The notes beneath the pieces are model-generated. The model saw only the letters and a program-made list of their open reading frames with translations, searched no databases and was not told where the DNA came from. Shown piece after piece: positions 28,383 through 39,064 of a stretch of DNA of 59,121 nucleotides. Each line of letters begins with the position of its first letter. Positions within the stretch are counted from its first letter, which is position 1. Both the position numbers and the translations under genes were made by a program. The stretch is from Euryarchaeota archaeon UBA346 (GTDB lineage: Archaea; Thermoplasmatota; E2; DHVEG-1): contig DAJP01000050.1 in the NCBI GenBank assembly GCA_002496355.1, forward strand, positions 1,810 to 60,930. Reading direction: 5' to 3'.

Positions 28383-29297
28383 GTGCCCTATCGCAGTAAC
28401 CTGGAAAAACGTCTTTCAGAAGGACATTTCGTCGTCACCGCAGAAATTGGACCCCCCAAAAGCGCTGATCCTCTCAAGATACGTGATAAAGCACTCTTAC
28501 TAGAGGGCTGTGCTGATGCGTTTAACGTCACTGATAATCAAACCGCTGTCGTGCGGATGTCTAGCTTTGCTGGTTCAGTACTCATTCTCCAGATGGAGAT
28601 GGAGCCTATCATGCAGATGACCTGTCGGGATAGAAATCGCATCAGCCTACAAAGCGATGTACTTGGTGCCACAGCACTTGGTGTCCGGAACATCCTCTGT
28701 CTTACGGGGGATCATCAGTCCTTTGGGAATCATCCTGCAGCAAAAGGTGTGTTTGATGTCGATTCTCTTCAACTCCTTCAGATCATTCAAAAAATGAGAG
28801 ATGAAGGGATTTTTCAAAGCGGTGACTCGTTGCTGGGGATACGGCCCTGTGTGTTTCTTGGTGCTGCAGCAAACCCCTATGCTGACCCTTTTGAAATTCA
28901 GGTGGATCGTGTACGGAAAAAAATTGATGCAGGGGCGCAATTTATTCAGACGCAAAGCGTGTATAATATTGAGAAGTTCTCTGCATGGATGGATGACGTC
29001 TGTTCGCAGGGGCTTGATAAAAAGGTCCATATCATTGCTGGTGTCACTCCTCTGAAATCTGTGAAAATGGCGGAGCGAATGAAATTTCACGTCCCCGGTA
29101 CTGATGTCCCGGATTTTGTATACGAGCGGATGAAGAATGCCTCTGACCCTGCTAAAGAAGGGTATCAGATAGCGCTCAAAACAATCCGGGAACTCAAACA
29201 ACTCAAAGGGATTCATGGCATCCACATCACCGCGTTATTCTGGGAGGAGATTATTCCTTCCCTTGTAAAAGAATCAGGCCTTCAAAGCCCACGGTGA
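28383..29297 (+). CDS. metF: 5,10-methylenetetrahydrofolate reductase (MetF)
   Basis: GTG start 1 nt after the metV stop. Family blocks VTAEIGPPKSAD, AFNVTDNQTAVVRMSS, CLTGDH and GAQFIQTQSVY. Confidence 0.85.
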   Translation: MPYRSNLEKRLSEGHFVVTAEIGPPKSADPLKIRDKALLLEGCADAFNVTDNQTAVVRMSSFAGSVLILQMEMEPIMQMTCRDRNRISLQSDVLGATALGVRNILCLTGDHQSFGNHPAAKGVFDVDSLQLLQIIQKMRDEGIFQSGDSLLGIRPCVFLGAAANPYADPFEIQVDRVRKKIDAGAQFIQTQSVYNIEKFSAWMDDVCSQGLDKKVHIIAGVTPLKSVKMAERMKFHVPGTDVPDFVYERMKNASDPAKEGYQIALKTIRELKQLKGIHGIHITALFWEEIIPSLVKESGLQSPR

Positions 29298-29509
29298 TAT
29301 CTATGGATTTCACTCTTACTTTTTTAATATTACATCGTTTTCGCTGCCCATGTCATTTCTTCAGAAACAGGTGACATAGTCGAACAACATTTCTCATAAC
29401 AATATTAATATATTTAGAATTTAATATAATGAGCTCATCCATTTGAATGAACCAACTAGTGAGTATCTATCCAAAAAAATGAATATTTTGTAAGAAAAGG
29501 GAACGAGTA

Positions 29510-32500
29510 ATGAGCATGTTAGACAAGCTGGGACGAATCATAGAAAAAAAACCATGGCTCGTTGTGGGAATCATCCTGATAATAACCATCGGTTTTTCCT
29601 TATTCATTCCCTCGCTGAAGTTTAACACAAATTTTGAAGATTTTGCCCCGGACAGTGAGGAGGTAAAGGCCAACGAACGCATCGCTGATTATTTTGACAT
29701 GAGCTCACAATCCATCATCCTGTACATACAAAAAGAACAAGCAGACAGCATCATCGACATCCAGGCAATCCGGGATCAATACAAGTTGGAGAAAGAACTC
29801 ATCGCGATGCCAGAGATTAGAGGTATGGTTTCCATTTTTACGTTCCTTGACCCAGTATGCCAGATGGAGTTTAACAGCACCGTTGAGAACTGCAGCGATG
29901 AACAGCTGACGACCGCGCTGAATGATCTTCTCAATGAACCAGCGTCTGGGAATATGACCATCTTTCCAACCGACGATCCTAACGAACCAATCGATTATCA
30001 GCGATCATTCCTCCGCTCTAGTGGAAAAGCAGTGGACAGTGCTGATATCAAAAACTGCTACATAGTAAAAGACAACAAAACACTCACGTTTTCCTTCGAA
30101 GTCTACTCTCTCTCCGATTTTTCTTCAAAAATAAAACCACCGTTCTCAAAAGTCAGTACCATGGAATGGTACCTTGAATTCAAAAACTCCTTGCTCCCTG
30201 TTGAATACGACATCGGCTATCAGATTGCTGCACGCATTGAACCAGCAGTCCCACGCTGGGAGATAGGAAACGGGATTCTAAGTAATATCAAACAGTTTAT
30301 ACAAACAATCAGGAACCACGGACTGACCACATATAAAACCACCGCATATCTCTGGCTCCGCCCACCGGGGCAGGAGATGTTTTTCCCGTTACCACTGAAG
30401 ACAGGAAACGTGACCTTTGATGCGCAATCAAATCTGATACATGTCATTGTCTCTCGTAAAGAACTCAGCGGGTACGGTATCGCACTCCAATTTGGATCGT
30501 TTGAGCTTCCCACAAAACTGACGAATTTCTCTGCAGGAGTACGCTATTTTCAATCCCCTGTACTCCATCGACCTGGTGGACGTATCGCCATTAATACAAG
30601 TTATTTGTTCGAACATCTCCAGCGCCTCCAATCCCGACCCATCCTGGGTAAGCTTCTCTCACGAACTCTCCAGAGATTCGATATCAATTTAGATGATCTC
30701 TCAGGGTTTTCCGAGGATATGAACCAGAATGAATTTCTTTCATCCACCTATACGTTAGCAGCCTTCCAAACACTATGGGTTCAAGCGGATCGAGCACCAG
30801 ATAATGGAGTTTCCTCGACCATCTATCCTTTGATCCCGCAACTGTTCACTGAGTTACGAGTCAACGCTTTATCATTCATCTCCACCGAGTACGCACAGAC
30901 AAAAACACCACATGCAAGTCTCTGTATCGTCCAATTGAACCTACAGAGTGGTGATTCTGAGGAACTGGCAAACGTAAACCGCGACATTATCGATAAAATC
31001 AACACGCTTGATACGACATTTACCAGCATCTCTATCAAGGCAACCGGTGAAGGCATCGTCAGCACCGAAATCAGTGATGTCGCTATGGATGCGATGATGA
31101 TCATCGGGCCAGCTATTTTTATCATCATTCTCTCCATCTTGTTTCTCGCTTTTCGAAAACCATCTTATTTCCTCCTCCCCATCATCGTTTTTGTTTTTTC
31201 CTGCATCTGGCTCTTTGGTACGATGGCTCTGCTAGGGGTCTCCTTTAACATCATCGCAGTCGCTCTCCTTCCCCTCAATATCGGTTTAGGGGTTGAGTAC
31301 TCCGTGAACCTCTTGTTCAACTATCGAACAGAGATAAACAGAGGACGAACACCAGCTGAGGCGATCCGACTATCTGTAAAAGAAGTCGGTATCGCGATTT
31401 TTTTAGCTTGGTTTACAACATTCGTCGCGTTTCTCTCCTTCCTCAGCGCGACGCTCCCACCCATAAGAGATTTTGGTGTTTTTCTTGCGATCGGTATTAC
31501 CTATACCTTCATCATCACCTTAACCCTCCTGGTAGCCCTCCGTTACATCATCGATAGGAAAAAACCAGCGATGCAGATGGCATCCAAGTCACAAATTTCT
31601 ACAATCACGGTCGTCATGAGTCGGGTCGCACGCGCTCTCCTCCACCACGAGAAAAAAGTGTTCCTCATCACCATCCTCATCTGTCTGATCATGGGGACTG
31701 CTGTCTCTCAATTGAAATCCGGGTTTAGCATGAACCAGTTCATCCCACAGGACAATCCTGCGCTTCAGCTCTTCTCCCAGATCGGTAAGGACTTCCCCTT
31801 TTCTAGTCAAGACCAGGAATATATCCTTATCGAAGGAAAGGTAGCAAGTGTCCAAACACTGCAAGGTCTTCAGTCCACACATGAAAAGATGGATGACGAT
31901 CGTTATGTCGCTCGAAGACCAGATGGGAGCACAAAAACAGAAAGCATTTATACGATTATTCAGCAAGTGGTGGCAAATAACAATTCCCTTGTCGAGCTGT
32001 TCCATGTCGATCAAACAACAGGTTTACCAGGGAGCGATGCTGACGTCAAATGCGCGTATGATTATTTGCTTGGCAGCTCAGAATATGAAATGCAGGTCTC
32101 CCAGCTGCTTCATAAGCAGGGAGATGAGTATACGGCTACGATTCTTCGTGTCTATGTCGATCTTGGTTCCAGCAGCGATGACATGACACAGCAGTTCGAG
32201 CAATTAAAACAGGAGTTAAATGATGACCTCTCTGATTATGGGGAGACGACGTCTATTATCACTGGTCAACTGCTGATCACGCTTTCGATTTTGAAGAACA
32301 TGACGGAAAGCCAGATTCTGTCCACCGTGATTTGTTTTGTGCTCGCAGCAATCATGCTTTCCCTGATTTATCGGAATCCAGTGCTTGGATTGATCGCGAT
32401 GATTCCAGTCACTGTTTCTATCGTGTGGGTCCTGGGAACTATGTATTTCATCGGGTATACCTTGAACATTTTGACGATTACCGTCACCTGCATCACGATC

Positions 32501-32872
32501 GGGGTTGGTATTGATTATGCCTGTTATATCACGGAACGGTTCCGTTTGGTCGTTGACCAAACCGGTGATGTGACAAAAGCGGTTATTGAAACGGTCTCAC
32601 GGACGGGGAGTGCTGTCCTCATCGCTGCGCTCTCCTCCATTTTTGGATTTGGTGTGCTTGCCTTCGCTCCTATCCCCCCTGAGCAGCAATTTGGGATCAT
32701 CACCGCAATTACCCTAGTCTATGCGTTTATCACCTCTATTTTGGTGCTCCCCTTGGTGCTAGCCCGATGGGCGAATTGGAGGAAAAAACGAAAAGGATAT
32801 ATCATCAGACCTGGACCCCCGAAACAATTAGATGGTATCAAAACTGATTTTGAGTATAAGGGAGAACAATAA
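29510..32872 (+). CDS. RND-superfamily exporter of the MMPL/HpnN-like (COG1033) type
   Basis: 1120 aa with a 1+5 / 1+5 TM arrangement (TM1 WLVVGIILIITIGFSLF; clusters at about aa 530-700 and 900-1080). N-terminal phrase PSLKFNTNFEDFAP is typical of the family. The first extracytoplasmic loop is about 500 aa. Confidence 0.75.
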   Translation: MSMLDKLGRIIEKKPWLVVGIILIITIGFSLFIPSLKFNTNFEDFAPDSEEVKANERIADYFDMSSQSIILYIQKEQADSIIDIQAIRDQYKLEKELIAMPEIRGMVSIFTFLDPVCQMEFNSTVENCSDEQLTTALNDLLNEPASGNMTIFPTDDPNEPIDYQRSFLRSSGKAVDSADIKNCYIVKDNKTLTFSFEVYSLSDFSSKIKPPFSKVSTMEWYLEFKNSLLPVEYDIGYQIAARIEPAVPRWEIGNGILSNIKQFIQTIRNHGLTTYKTTAYLWLRPPGQEMFFPLPLKTGNVTFDAQSNLIHVIVSRKELSGYGIALQFGSFELPTKLTNFSAGVRYFQSPVLHRPGGRIAINTSYLFEHLQRLQSRPILGKLLSRTLQRFDINLDDLSGFSEDMNQNEFLSSTYTLAAFQTLWVQADRAPDNGVSSTIYPLIPQLFTELRVNALSFISTEYAQTKTPHASLCIVQLNLQSGDSEELANVNRDIIDKINTLDTTFTSISIKATGEGIVSTEISDVAMDAMMIIGPAIFIIILSILFLAFRKPSYFLLPIIVFVFSCIWLFGTMALLGVSFNIIAVALLPLNIGLGVEYSVNLLFNYRTEINRGRTPAEAIRLSVKEVGIAIFLAWFTTFVAFLSFLSATLPPIRDFGVFLAIGITYTFIITLTLLVALRYIIDRKKPAMQMASKSQISTITVVMSRVARALLHHEKKVFLITILICLIMGTAVSQLKSGFSMNQFIPQDNPALQLFSQIGKDFPFSSQDQEYILIEGKVASVQTLQGLQSTHEKMDDDRYVARRPDGSTKTESIYTIIQQVVANNNSLVELFHVDQTTGLPGSDADVKCAYDYLLGSSEYEMQVSQLLHKQGDEYTATILRVYVDLGSSSDDMTQQFEQLKQELNDDLSDYGETTSIITGQLLITLSILKNMTESQILSTVICFVLAAIMLSLIYRNPVLGLIAMIPVTVSIVWVLGTMYFIGYTLNILTITVTCITIGVGIDYACYITERFRLVVDQTGDVTKAVIETVSRTGSAVLIAALSSIFGFGVLAFAPIPPEQQFGIITAITLVYAFITSILVLPLVLARWANWRKKRKGYIIRPGPPKQLDGIKTDFEYKGEQ

Positions 32873-32951
32873 AGTATCTATAGTTATATATGATTGAGCA
32901 AATACAGACTGATACTACAGTTGCAGATTAAAAAGATGGAGAGAAGTTATT

Positions 32952-33530
32952 ATGGTAGAACCTGGGTCAGAAAATGATGAAAAGGTCTGGAAAAAATTCT
33001 TACGAAAACATTGGACAATTGTAATCGTCTTAATCGTAGGAGCAATCATGGTGGTCGCTGGGGCTCTCTACGTCTTCCTCTGGTTTGTCAAGGATGCCCA
33101 AACGACAGGTCTGGTACCGGTCACACTAGGACTATGGGCTATGAATCATCTTTTGTGGTTCCTTATCTATCTGATTCTTTGGGAGATACTCCTCGTCGGC
33201 ATTCCGGTTATCATCGCGGTTGCACTCGTGTATTTCTTGTGGTGGAAACGGTTACCATCTGAAGAAAAGGAAGACTATAGAGGTCATCATCTGTTCGGTA
33301 AACGCTCACGACGCTCGGACGGGGGTAATGCGTTTTCATTCTTGATCTTCATCGGTTTCGTTATCAAAATCTATGTGGATGGAAACTGGAATAAACCATT
33401 CGAGACATGGACATTCAATTATCTTACGTCTTCCTTAGTTTGGGTACTGATTTGGCTCCTCATTATTTTCGGGATTCCCATGGCCATCGGAGGCAGCTTG
33501 TGGCTTCGCCATGAGATGAAAAAGAAATAA
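32952..33530 (+). CDS. Hypothetical membrane protein (about 5 TM helices, W-rich)
   Basis: 192-aa ORF with clear hydrophobic helices. No family recognised. Confidence 0.45.
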   Translation: MVEPGSENDEKVWKKFLRKHWTIVIVLIVGAIMVVAGALYVFLWFVKDAQTTGLVPVTLGLWAMNHLLWFLIYLILWEILLVGIPVIIAVALVYFLWWKRLPSEEKEDYRGHHLFGKRSRRSDGGNAFSFLIFIGFVIKIYVDGNWNKPFETWTFNYLTSSLVWVLIWLLIIFGIPMAIGGSLWLRHEMKKK

Positions 33531-33738
33531 TAAATCAGTTTTGTCAGTTGTTTCGCACAAAAACATTAGTAATTATCTATAGAGCTTGAAAATAAGGTCC
33601 GTAGGCGTGGGTAAAGGTATGGATTTTTTCTAAACAACAGGAGTAATCAATTATCGGTTGTATAGATGAAATTTCAGGAAAATACTTATAGGAAATAATG
33701 ATACCAGTCAAAGAAAACACCTTGGGGGTTACATAAGT

Positions 33739-34725
33739 ATGGCACAAGAACGTATGAAAAAAATTTTAGTAACCGGCGCTGTCGGGCAGATTGGTTCAGA
33801 GCTTACGATGCTGCTTCGGAAGAAATTTGGAAACGACAATGTGCTTGCGACTGGTCGAAAAACCAAACCGAGTGGCATACTTCTCAACTCTGGTCCTTTT
33901 GAATACATTGATATCGGTAAAAGAGAAACCATTGAGAAAGTCGTCAACGAGTATGATATCGACACTATCTATAACATGGCTGCGATTCTTTCAGCGGTTG
34001 GCGAAGAAAAACCTTTACTTGCCTGGGATGTCAATATCAATGGGTTGTATAATTGTTTAGAGGTTGCTCGGGAACATAGTATGGTGCGTGTGTTTGTCCC
34101 CAGCTCCATAGCCGTCTTTGGCCCAGAAACGCCTCGAGATAACACGCCTCAGGAGACAGTCCTACGGCCAAAAACGATGTATGGGGTCACGAAGGTCGCT
34201 GGGGAACTGCTTGGTGATTATTACGTCAAACGATTCAATCTTGATGTCCGCGGGATCCGATATCCAGGTATCATCAGCAGTGAGACATTACCCGGTGGTG
34301 GGACCACGGATTATGCTGTTGAGATATTCTATAAAGCTATCCAGGAGAAGAAATACACCTGTTTCTTACGAGCAGATACCACACTTCCGATGATGTATAT
34401 GCCTGATTGTCTGAAGGGAACCCTTGATTTGATGGATGCTGATGTGACCAAATTGAAGCATCACTGTGATTTCAATTTTGCTTCTATGAGTTTTTCTGCT
34501 GAGGAGCTCGCCAATGAGATTAAGCAGCATATCCCTGAGTTCGCCTGCGATTATAAACCTGATTTCCGGCAGGCGATCGCGGATTCCTGGCCTCGCTCCA
34601 TTGATGATAGTGCATCGCGGAAAGAATGGGGCTGGAAACCGAAATATAAGCTTTCCGATATGACAAAGGATATGTTAAAGAAGCTCAGTAAACGATTTGA
34701 AGAGGGCAACCTCCTCGTTTCGTAA
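33739..34725 (+). CDS. tdh: NAD-dependent epimerase/dehydratase-fold enzyme, most like SDR-type L-threonine 3-dehydrogenase
   Basis: Rossmann motif ILVTGAVGQIGSEL, catalytic YGVTK (YxxxK), and GIRYPGIISSETLPGGGTTDYAVEIF, a block I associate with GalE-like threonine dehydrogenases. Confidence 0.6.
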   Translation: MAQERMKKILVTGAVGQIGSELTMLLRKKFGNDNVLATGRKTKPSGILLNSGPFEYIDIGKRETIEKVVNEYDIDTIYNMAAILSAVGEEKPLLAWDVNINGLYNCLEVAREHSMVRVFVPSSIAVFGPETPRDNTPQETVLRPKTMYGVTKVAGELLGDYYVKRFNLDVRGIRYPGIISSETLPGGGTTDYAVEIFYKAIQEKKYTCFLRADTTLPMMYMPDCLKGTLDLMDADVTKLKHHCDFNFASMSFSAEELANEIKQHIPEFACDYKPDFRQAIADSWPRSIDDSASRKEWGWKPKYKLSDMTKDMLKKLSKRFEEGNLLVS

Positions 34726-34815
34726 TTTTTTCTTTTCTTTTTTATATTTTTTTTCTCCGTAGAAAGTTTTATGTGCTAACCGATATTTCCATGTGTATCG
34801 TGAGGTGAACCACTC

Positions 34816-35922
34816 TTGTCACAATATGAGGAAGTTGGAGTAAATATGAGAGGAAATATTGATTCTATTCGAGGGTATTTAGGTGCTGATGCCGATTATC
34901 TGCTGAAACACACCTGCATGAAAATCAAAAAGGATTCATTGCATCTCCCGGGACCGGATTATCTTGATCAGACGTTTCTTGATACGGACCGGTCGACCCC
35001 GGTGATTCGTAACTTGCAGTCCTTGTTTTCTCATGGTCGGTTAGGGGGGACTGGGTATCTGTCCATCTTGCCGGTCGACCAGGGGATTGAGCATTCTGCT
35101 GCCGCGTCTTTTGCGCCGAACCCCCTGTATTTTGACCCAGAAAATATCGTGAAACTCGCCATTGAGGGCGGATGTAACGGTGTGGCTTCTACGCTTGGTG
35201 TCCTGGGCGCAGTCGCCCGGAAGTATGCTCATAAGATTCCATTCATTGTCAAGATAAATCATAATGAGCTGCTCACGTATCCGAATAAGTTTGATCAGAT
35301 CATGTTCGCTGGTGTTGAGCAAGCTTGGGAGATGGGTGCTGCCGCGGTCGGGTGCACCATTTATTTTGGTTCTGATGAATCCACACGTCAAATCCAGGAG
35401 GTCAGTCAAGCCTTCAAGTATGCCCATGAGCTGGGGCTGGCGACGATCCTGTGGTGTTACCTCCGGAATCCAGCGTTCAAAGTGGAAGGAAAGGATTACC
35501 ATGCTGCTGCGGATCTCACGGGGCAGGCGAATCATCTTGGAGTGACGATTGAGGCAGATATCATCAAACAGAAACTACCTGATGTGACCGGTGGATATCT
35601 GGCGTTGAATCGTGGTGGCGTGAAGTACGGGAAGATGGATGAGAAGGCGTATACAGAGCTTTCCTCCGATCATCCGATTGATCTGGCTCGGTATCAGGTC
35701 GCTCATTGTTACATGGGACGTATTGGTTTGATCAACTCGGGTGGAGCATCAGGAAAGGATGATTTCGGTCAGGCGGTCCGTACCGCGGTCATTAACAAAC
35801 GAGCGGGTGGTACGGGTCTTATCTCTGGGAGAAAAGCGTTCCAGAAACCATTCGAAGATGGCATAAGACTCCTGCATTCTATCCAGGATGTGTACCTGTG
35901 TAAGGATGTGACGGTCGCCTAA
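34816..35922 (+). CDS. fbaB: Class I fructose-bisphosphate aldolase, FbaB/DhnA type
   Basis: Long colinear resemblance to E. coli FbaB as I recall it ([54 protein letters not shown]). The likely start is the ATG at 34846 ([22 protein letters not shown]...). Confidence 0.88.
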   Translation: MSQYEEVGVNMRGNIDSIRGYLGADADYLLKHTCMKIKKDSLHLPGPDYLDQTFLDTDRSTPVIRNLQSLFSHGRLGGTGYLSILPVDQGIEHSAAASFAPNPLYFDPENIVKLAIEGGCNGVASTLGVLGAVARKYAHKIPFIVKINHNELLTYPNKFDQIMFAGVEQAWEMGAAAVGCTIYFGSDESTRQIQEVSQAFKYAHELGLATILWCYLRNPAFKVEGKDYHAAADLTGQANHLGVTIEADIIKQKLPDVTGGYLALNRGGVKYGKMDEKAYTELSSDHPIDLARYQVAHCYMGRIGLINSGGASGKDDFGQAVRTAVINKRAGGTGLISGRKAFQKPFEDGIRLLHSIQDVYLCKDVTVA

Positions 35923-35925
35923 AGG

Positions 35926-35951
35926 AAAAAAATATTTTTTTTTTTTTTTTT
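35926..35951. terminator. Bidirectional oligo-T terminator between convergent genes
   Basis: A T17 run at 35935..35951 lies 13 nt after the fbaB stop. An A7 run at 35926..35932 reads as T7 on the minus strand, downstream of the ACT-regulator gene. Archaeal termination at oligo-T tracts is well established. Confidence 0.6.
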
Positions 35952-36531
35952 AATATATAAGGACTGCTTTTACCCCTTTGGCGTTTCTGATGGTTGTCAG
36001 GAGCGTTCCTGGTATTTGTTTTTCGGTGATGATGAAGACCCGTGGTTCTTCTGTGAATTCAAAGTCGTCGACGATGGCTTGTCTGATGCTGATGTTGTTG
36101 GAAGCGATGATGGTTGCGACTTCTGCAAGGATTCCTGGCATGCTAGGGTCGACCGGAATGATTTCGATGACGCCCCAGTGCATGTGTGGGGCGACGTCTT
36201 TCAGATGACAGGTCGGGGTAAGGTTTGAGAAGATTTTGAGAAGCTCAGGTTCTTTTTTGATGACGTCCCTTGTTGCGGTGACCGCTCGCCGGTCGACTTG
36301 GAATGCTCTTGCTATCTTTGAATCAGATAGTTCGATAAGGCCGCAGCGGAAGGAATTATTATGGATTTGAATGCCGTATTCCATCATTTTTTGTGCGATT
36401 TTTTTTCGTTGAGGGTACGCATTGAAGTAATGTTCAATTTGTTTCCACATAGTACAGAATTGTACGTTTGTTGAGTATAAATACCCTTTGTCCTGGGTAT
36501 TTTTCATCCTATAATGTATAATACTATACAT
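35950..36531 (-). CDS. ACT-domain putative regulator of amino-acid metabolism (COG2150-like)
   Basis: The likely start is the ATG at 36450 (MWKQIEHYFNAYPQRKKIAQKMMEYGIQI...). The N-terminal HTH-like part is followed by an ACT-like part, VIEIIPVDPSMPGILAEVATIIASNNISIRQAIV. Confidence 0.65.
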   Translation of the reverse strand: MYSIIHYRMKNTQDKGYLYSTNVQFCTMWKQIEHYFNAYPQRKKIAQKMMEYGIQIHNNSFRCGLIELSDSKIARAFQVDRRAVTATRDVIKKEPELLKIFSNLTPTCHLKDVAPHMHWGVIEIIPVDPSMPGILAEVATIIASNNISIRQAIVDDFEFTEEPRVFIITEKQIPGTLLTTIRNAKGVKAVLIY

Positions 36532-36583
36532 TGAGGTACAATTTTAGAAACATTAATAAAGGCACTATCCAATAATTAACCTC

Positions 36584-37912
36584 ATGAAACGAACAAAAAT
36601 CACACTTGATGAAAATGACATCCCCAAACAATGGTACAACATCCAAGCAGACCTCAAAACACCCCTAGATCCTCCCTTACACCCACAAACAAGACAACCC
36701 ATCACTCCAGACGACCTCAAAGCAATCTTCCCCTTTGGCCTCATCAAACAAGAGGCAAGCACCGACCGCCACATCCGAATACCTACCGAGGTCCGAGAGA
36801 TCTACCGCATATGGAGACCCAGCCCGCTCTACCGAGCCAGACGCCTCGAAGCAGCACTCAAAACCCCCGCAGAAATCTACTACAAATGGGAGGGAGGCAG
36901 CCCCGCGGGAAGCCATAAACCAAACTCCGCAGTCGCTCAAGCCTACTACAACAAACAAGAAGGAATCGAACGACTTGTCACCGAAACCGGAGCCGGACAA
37001 TGGGGCTCTGCCCTAGCATTTTCCACACAACTCTTCGGCCTCGCCTGCCGGGTATACATGGTCAAATGCAGCTACGACCAAAAACCATACCGACGGATCC
37101 TCATGCAAACCTGGGGTGCTGAAGTCTACCCCAGCCCCACCACACTGACCAATGCCGGACGAGAAATCCTCAAAAAAGACCCAGATACCACAGGAAGCCT
37201 CGGCATCTCCATCAGCGAAGCAGTCGAAGATGCAGCGACCCACGACAACACCAACTACGCACTCGGTTCCGTACTCAACCATGTTGTATTACATCAAACC
37301 GTCATCGGCCTCGAACTCAAAAAACAATTCGAATTACTAGAAAAATATCCAGACATCATCTGTGGATGTGTCGGTGGTGGAAGCAATTTTTCAGGAACAG
37401 CATTTCCCTTTATACGGGATAAGATTCAAGACAAAAAACCAGATCTGAAAGTCGTATCAGTCGAACCACTCGCCTGCCCCACCCTGACCAAAGGGGAATA
37501 CCGATACGACTACGGTGACACCGCTGGTCTAACACCTCTCTTAAAGATGTACACCCTCGGCCATGATTTTATCCCCTCTGCGATCCATGCTGGAGGACTC
37601 CGCTACCATGGAGACTCACCCCTGCTCTCAAAACTCACAAAAGACGGCTACATGGACGCCCTAGCCTATACACAACAAGAAATCTTCGAAGCAGCCATGC
37701 TCTTTACGCGGACCGAAGGACTCATCCCTGCACCAGAATCAGCACATGCCATCCGAGCAGCCATCGATTTCGCAAAGATAGCAAAAAAGAAAAACGAAAA
37801 GAAAATCATCGTCTTCACCAACAGCGGCCATGGCCATTTCGACCTTGGAGCATACGATGATTACCTGCATAAAAAAATCCCCAATGGGGAGTACCACAAA
37901 ATCAATCCCTAA
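36584..37912 (+). CDS. trpB2: TrpB-like PLP-dependent enzyme (tryptophan synthase beta chain 2, TrpB2)
   Basis: 442 aa. The characteristic TrpB2 N-terminal extension [23 protein letters not shown]. Blocks [31 protein letters not shown] and [11 protein letters not shown]. Confidence 0.88.
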   Translation: MKRTKITLDENDIPKQWYNIQADLKTPLDPPLHPQTRQPITPDDLKAIFPFGLIKQEASTDRHIRIPTEVREIYRIWRPSPLYRARRLEAALKTPAEIYYKWEGGSPAGSHKPNSAVAQAYYNKQEGIERLVTETGAGQWGSALAFSTQLFGLACRVYMVKCSYDQKPYRRILMQTWGAEVYPSPTTLTNAGREILKKDPDTTGSLGISISEAVEDAATHDNTNYALGSVLNHVVLHQTVIGLELKKQFELLEKYPDIICGCVGGGSNFSGTAFPFIRDKIQDKKPDLKVVSVEPLACPTLTKGEYRYDYGDTAGLTPLLKMYTLGHDFIPSAIHAGGLRYHGDSPLLSKLTKDGYMDALAYTQQEIFEAAMLFTRTEGLIPAPESAHAIRAAIDFAKIAKKKNEKKIIVFTNSGHGHFDLGAYDDYLHKKIPNGEYHKINP

Positions 37913-37930
37913 GCATCCAGAACTCCCCTC

Positions 37931-37949
37931 TTTTTTCCTTTTTTTTTTT
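37931..37949 (+). terminator. Oligo-T terminator after trpB2
   Basis: TTTTTTCCTTTTTTTTTTT begins 19 nt after the trpB2 stop. Confidence 0.5.
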
Positions 37950-38024
37950 CCTAAATTTATTCCTACCAACTAATGTCACACAACAATATCTTTATCTACC
38001 ACCATACCACTTAATAAAGGGTAT

Positions 38025-39062
38025 TTGATATCCCCCTTTGACCTAAATGGGGTAGGGCCTATGAAGGAATTAGACATCACCACATTGCGACACGGAACCG
38101 ACCTTGTAAAAAGAGGTTTTTCAAAAATGCAAAAAGGCGGGGTCATCATGGATGTCACCACCGTAGAACAAGCAAAAATCGCAGAGAAAAGTGGTGCCGT
38201 TGCAGTGATGGCTCTCGAACGAGTTCCTGCTGATATCCGTGCCCATGGTGGCGTCGCACGAATGGCAGATCCCACCATCATAAAGGAGATTCTTAACACC
38301 GTCAGCATCCCGGTCATGGCCAAAGCACGTATCGGCCATTTCGTCGAAGCACAAGCCCTCGAGGCACTCGGCGTCGATATGATTGATGAATCAGAAGTGC
38401 TTACTCCAGCAGATCCGTTTTACCATATCGATAAACGTTGTTTCACCATCCCGTTCGTCTGCGGTTGCCGCAACCTCGGCGAGGCGACACGACGCATCTG
38501 GGAAGGAGCAGCAATGATACGAACTAAAGGAGAAGCAGGGACTGGAAATATCATTGAGGCTGTTCGACATCAGCGCATGGTAACACGCATGATTAGCACT
38601 CTTAAAACAATGCCCACCGTAAAAATACAAAAAGTAGCTGATGCGTATTGTCAAAGTTATATTACCTCATATAAAACATTGACTGATCAAAACGTTGATG
38701 ATAAAACCATTGTGTTCAGCTCATCAACCTATGGGGTCTTGAAAAAGGAAGTCTATGACATCTTAAAAGAAATCAAGCAACTGCAGCGACTCCCTGTCGT
38801 CAATTTCGCGGCAGGCGGAGTAGCAACCCCTGCAGATGCAGCACTCATGATGCAGATTGGAAGCGATGGAGTCTTCGTTGGATCGGGTATCTTCAAATCA
38901 AAGAACCCCGAGAAAAGAGCAAAAGCTATCGTAGAGGCGGTCGCTCATTTCGATGAACCAGAGACGATTGCTGACGTCAGTAAAAACCTTGGGGATGCCA
39001 TGCTGGGAATCGAAATTAGCTCGATACCAAAAGATCAACTTCTACAGGAACGAGGCTGGTAG
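38025..39062 (+). CDS. pdxS: Pyridoxal 5'-phosphate synthase lyase subunit PdxS
   Basis: [55 protein letters not shown] and [19 protein letters not shown]. The likely start is the ATG at 38061 (MKELDITTL...). An insertion of about 40 aa lies after the [10 protein letters not shown] block. Confidence 0.92.
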   Translation: MISPFDLNGVGPMKELDITTLRHGTDLVKRGFSKMQKGGVIMDVTTVEQAKIAEKSGAVAVMALERVPADIRAHGGVARMADPTIIKEILNTVSIPVMAKARIGHFVEAQALEALGVDMIDESEVLTPADPFYHIDKRCFTIPFVCGCRNLGEATRRIWEGAAMIRTKGEAGTGNIIEAVRHQRMVTRMISTLKTMPTVKIQKVADAYCQSYITSYKTLTDQNVDDKTIVFSSSTYGVLKKEVYDILKEIKQLQRLPVVNFAAGGVATPADAALMMQIGSDGVFVGSGIFKSKNPEKRAKAIVEAVAHFDEPETIADVSKNLGDAMLGIEISSIPKDQLLQERGW

Positions 39063-39064
39063 AA

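Noticed and set aside
29349-29376. Imperfect hairpin (ATGTCA...TGACAT with inner TTTCT/AGAAA) about 50 nt after metF
   Set aside because: The stems are short with a bulge, and no adjacent oligo-T follows. It is too weak to call a terminator or regulatory element without folding statistics.
36631-37282. Four long alternative-frame or antisense ORFs (95, 107, 93 and 89 aa) stacked inside trpB2, which could suggest overlapping genes
   Set aside because: The trpB2 coding strand here is very A+C-rich and T/G-poor, so stop codons are rare in every frame. The translated products are low-complexity (P/T/R/S-rich or G/V/D-rich) with no protein-like pattern. trpB2 fully explains the region.
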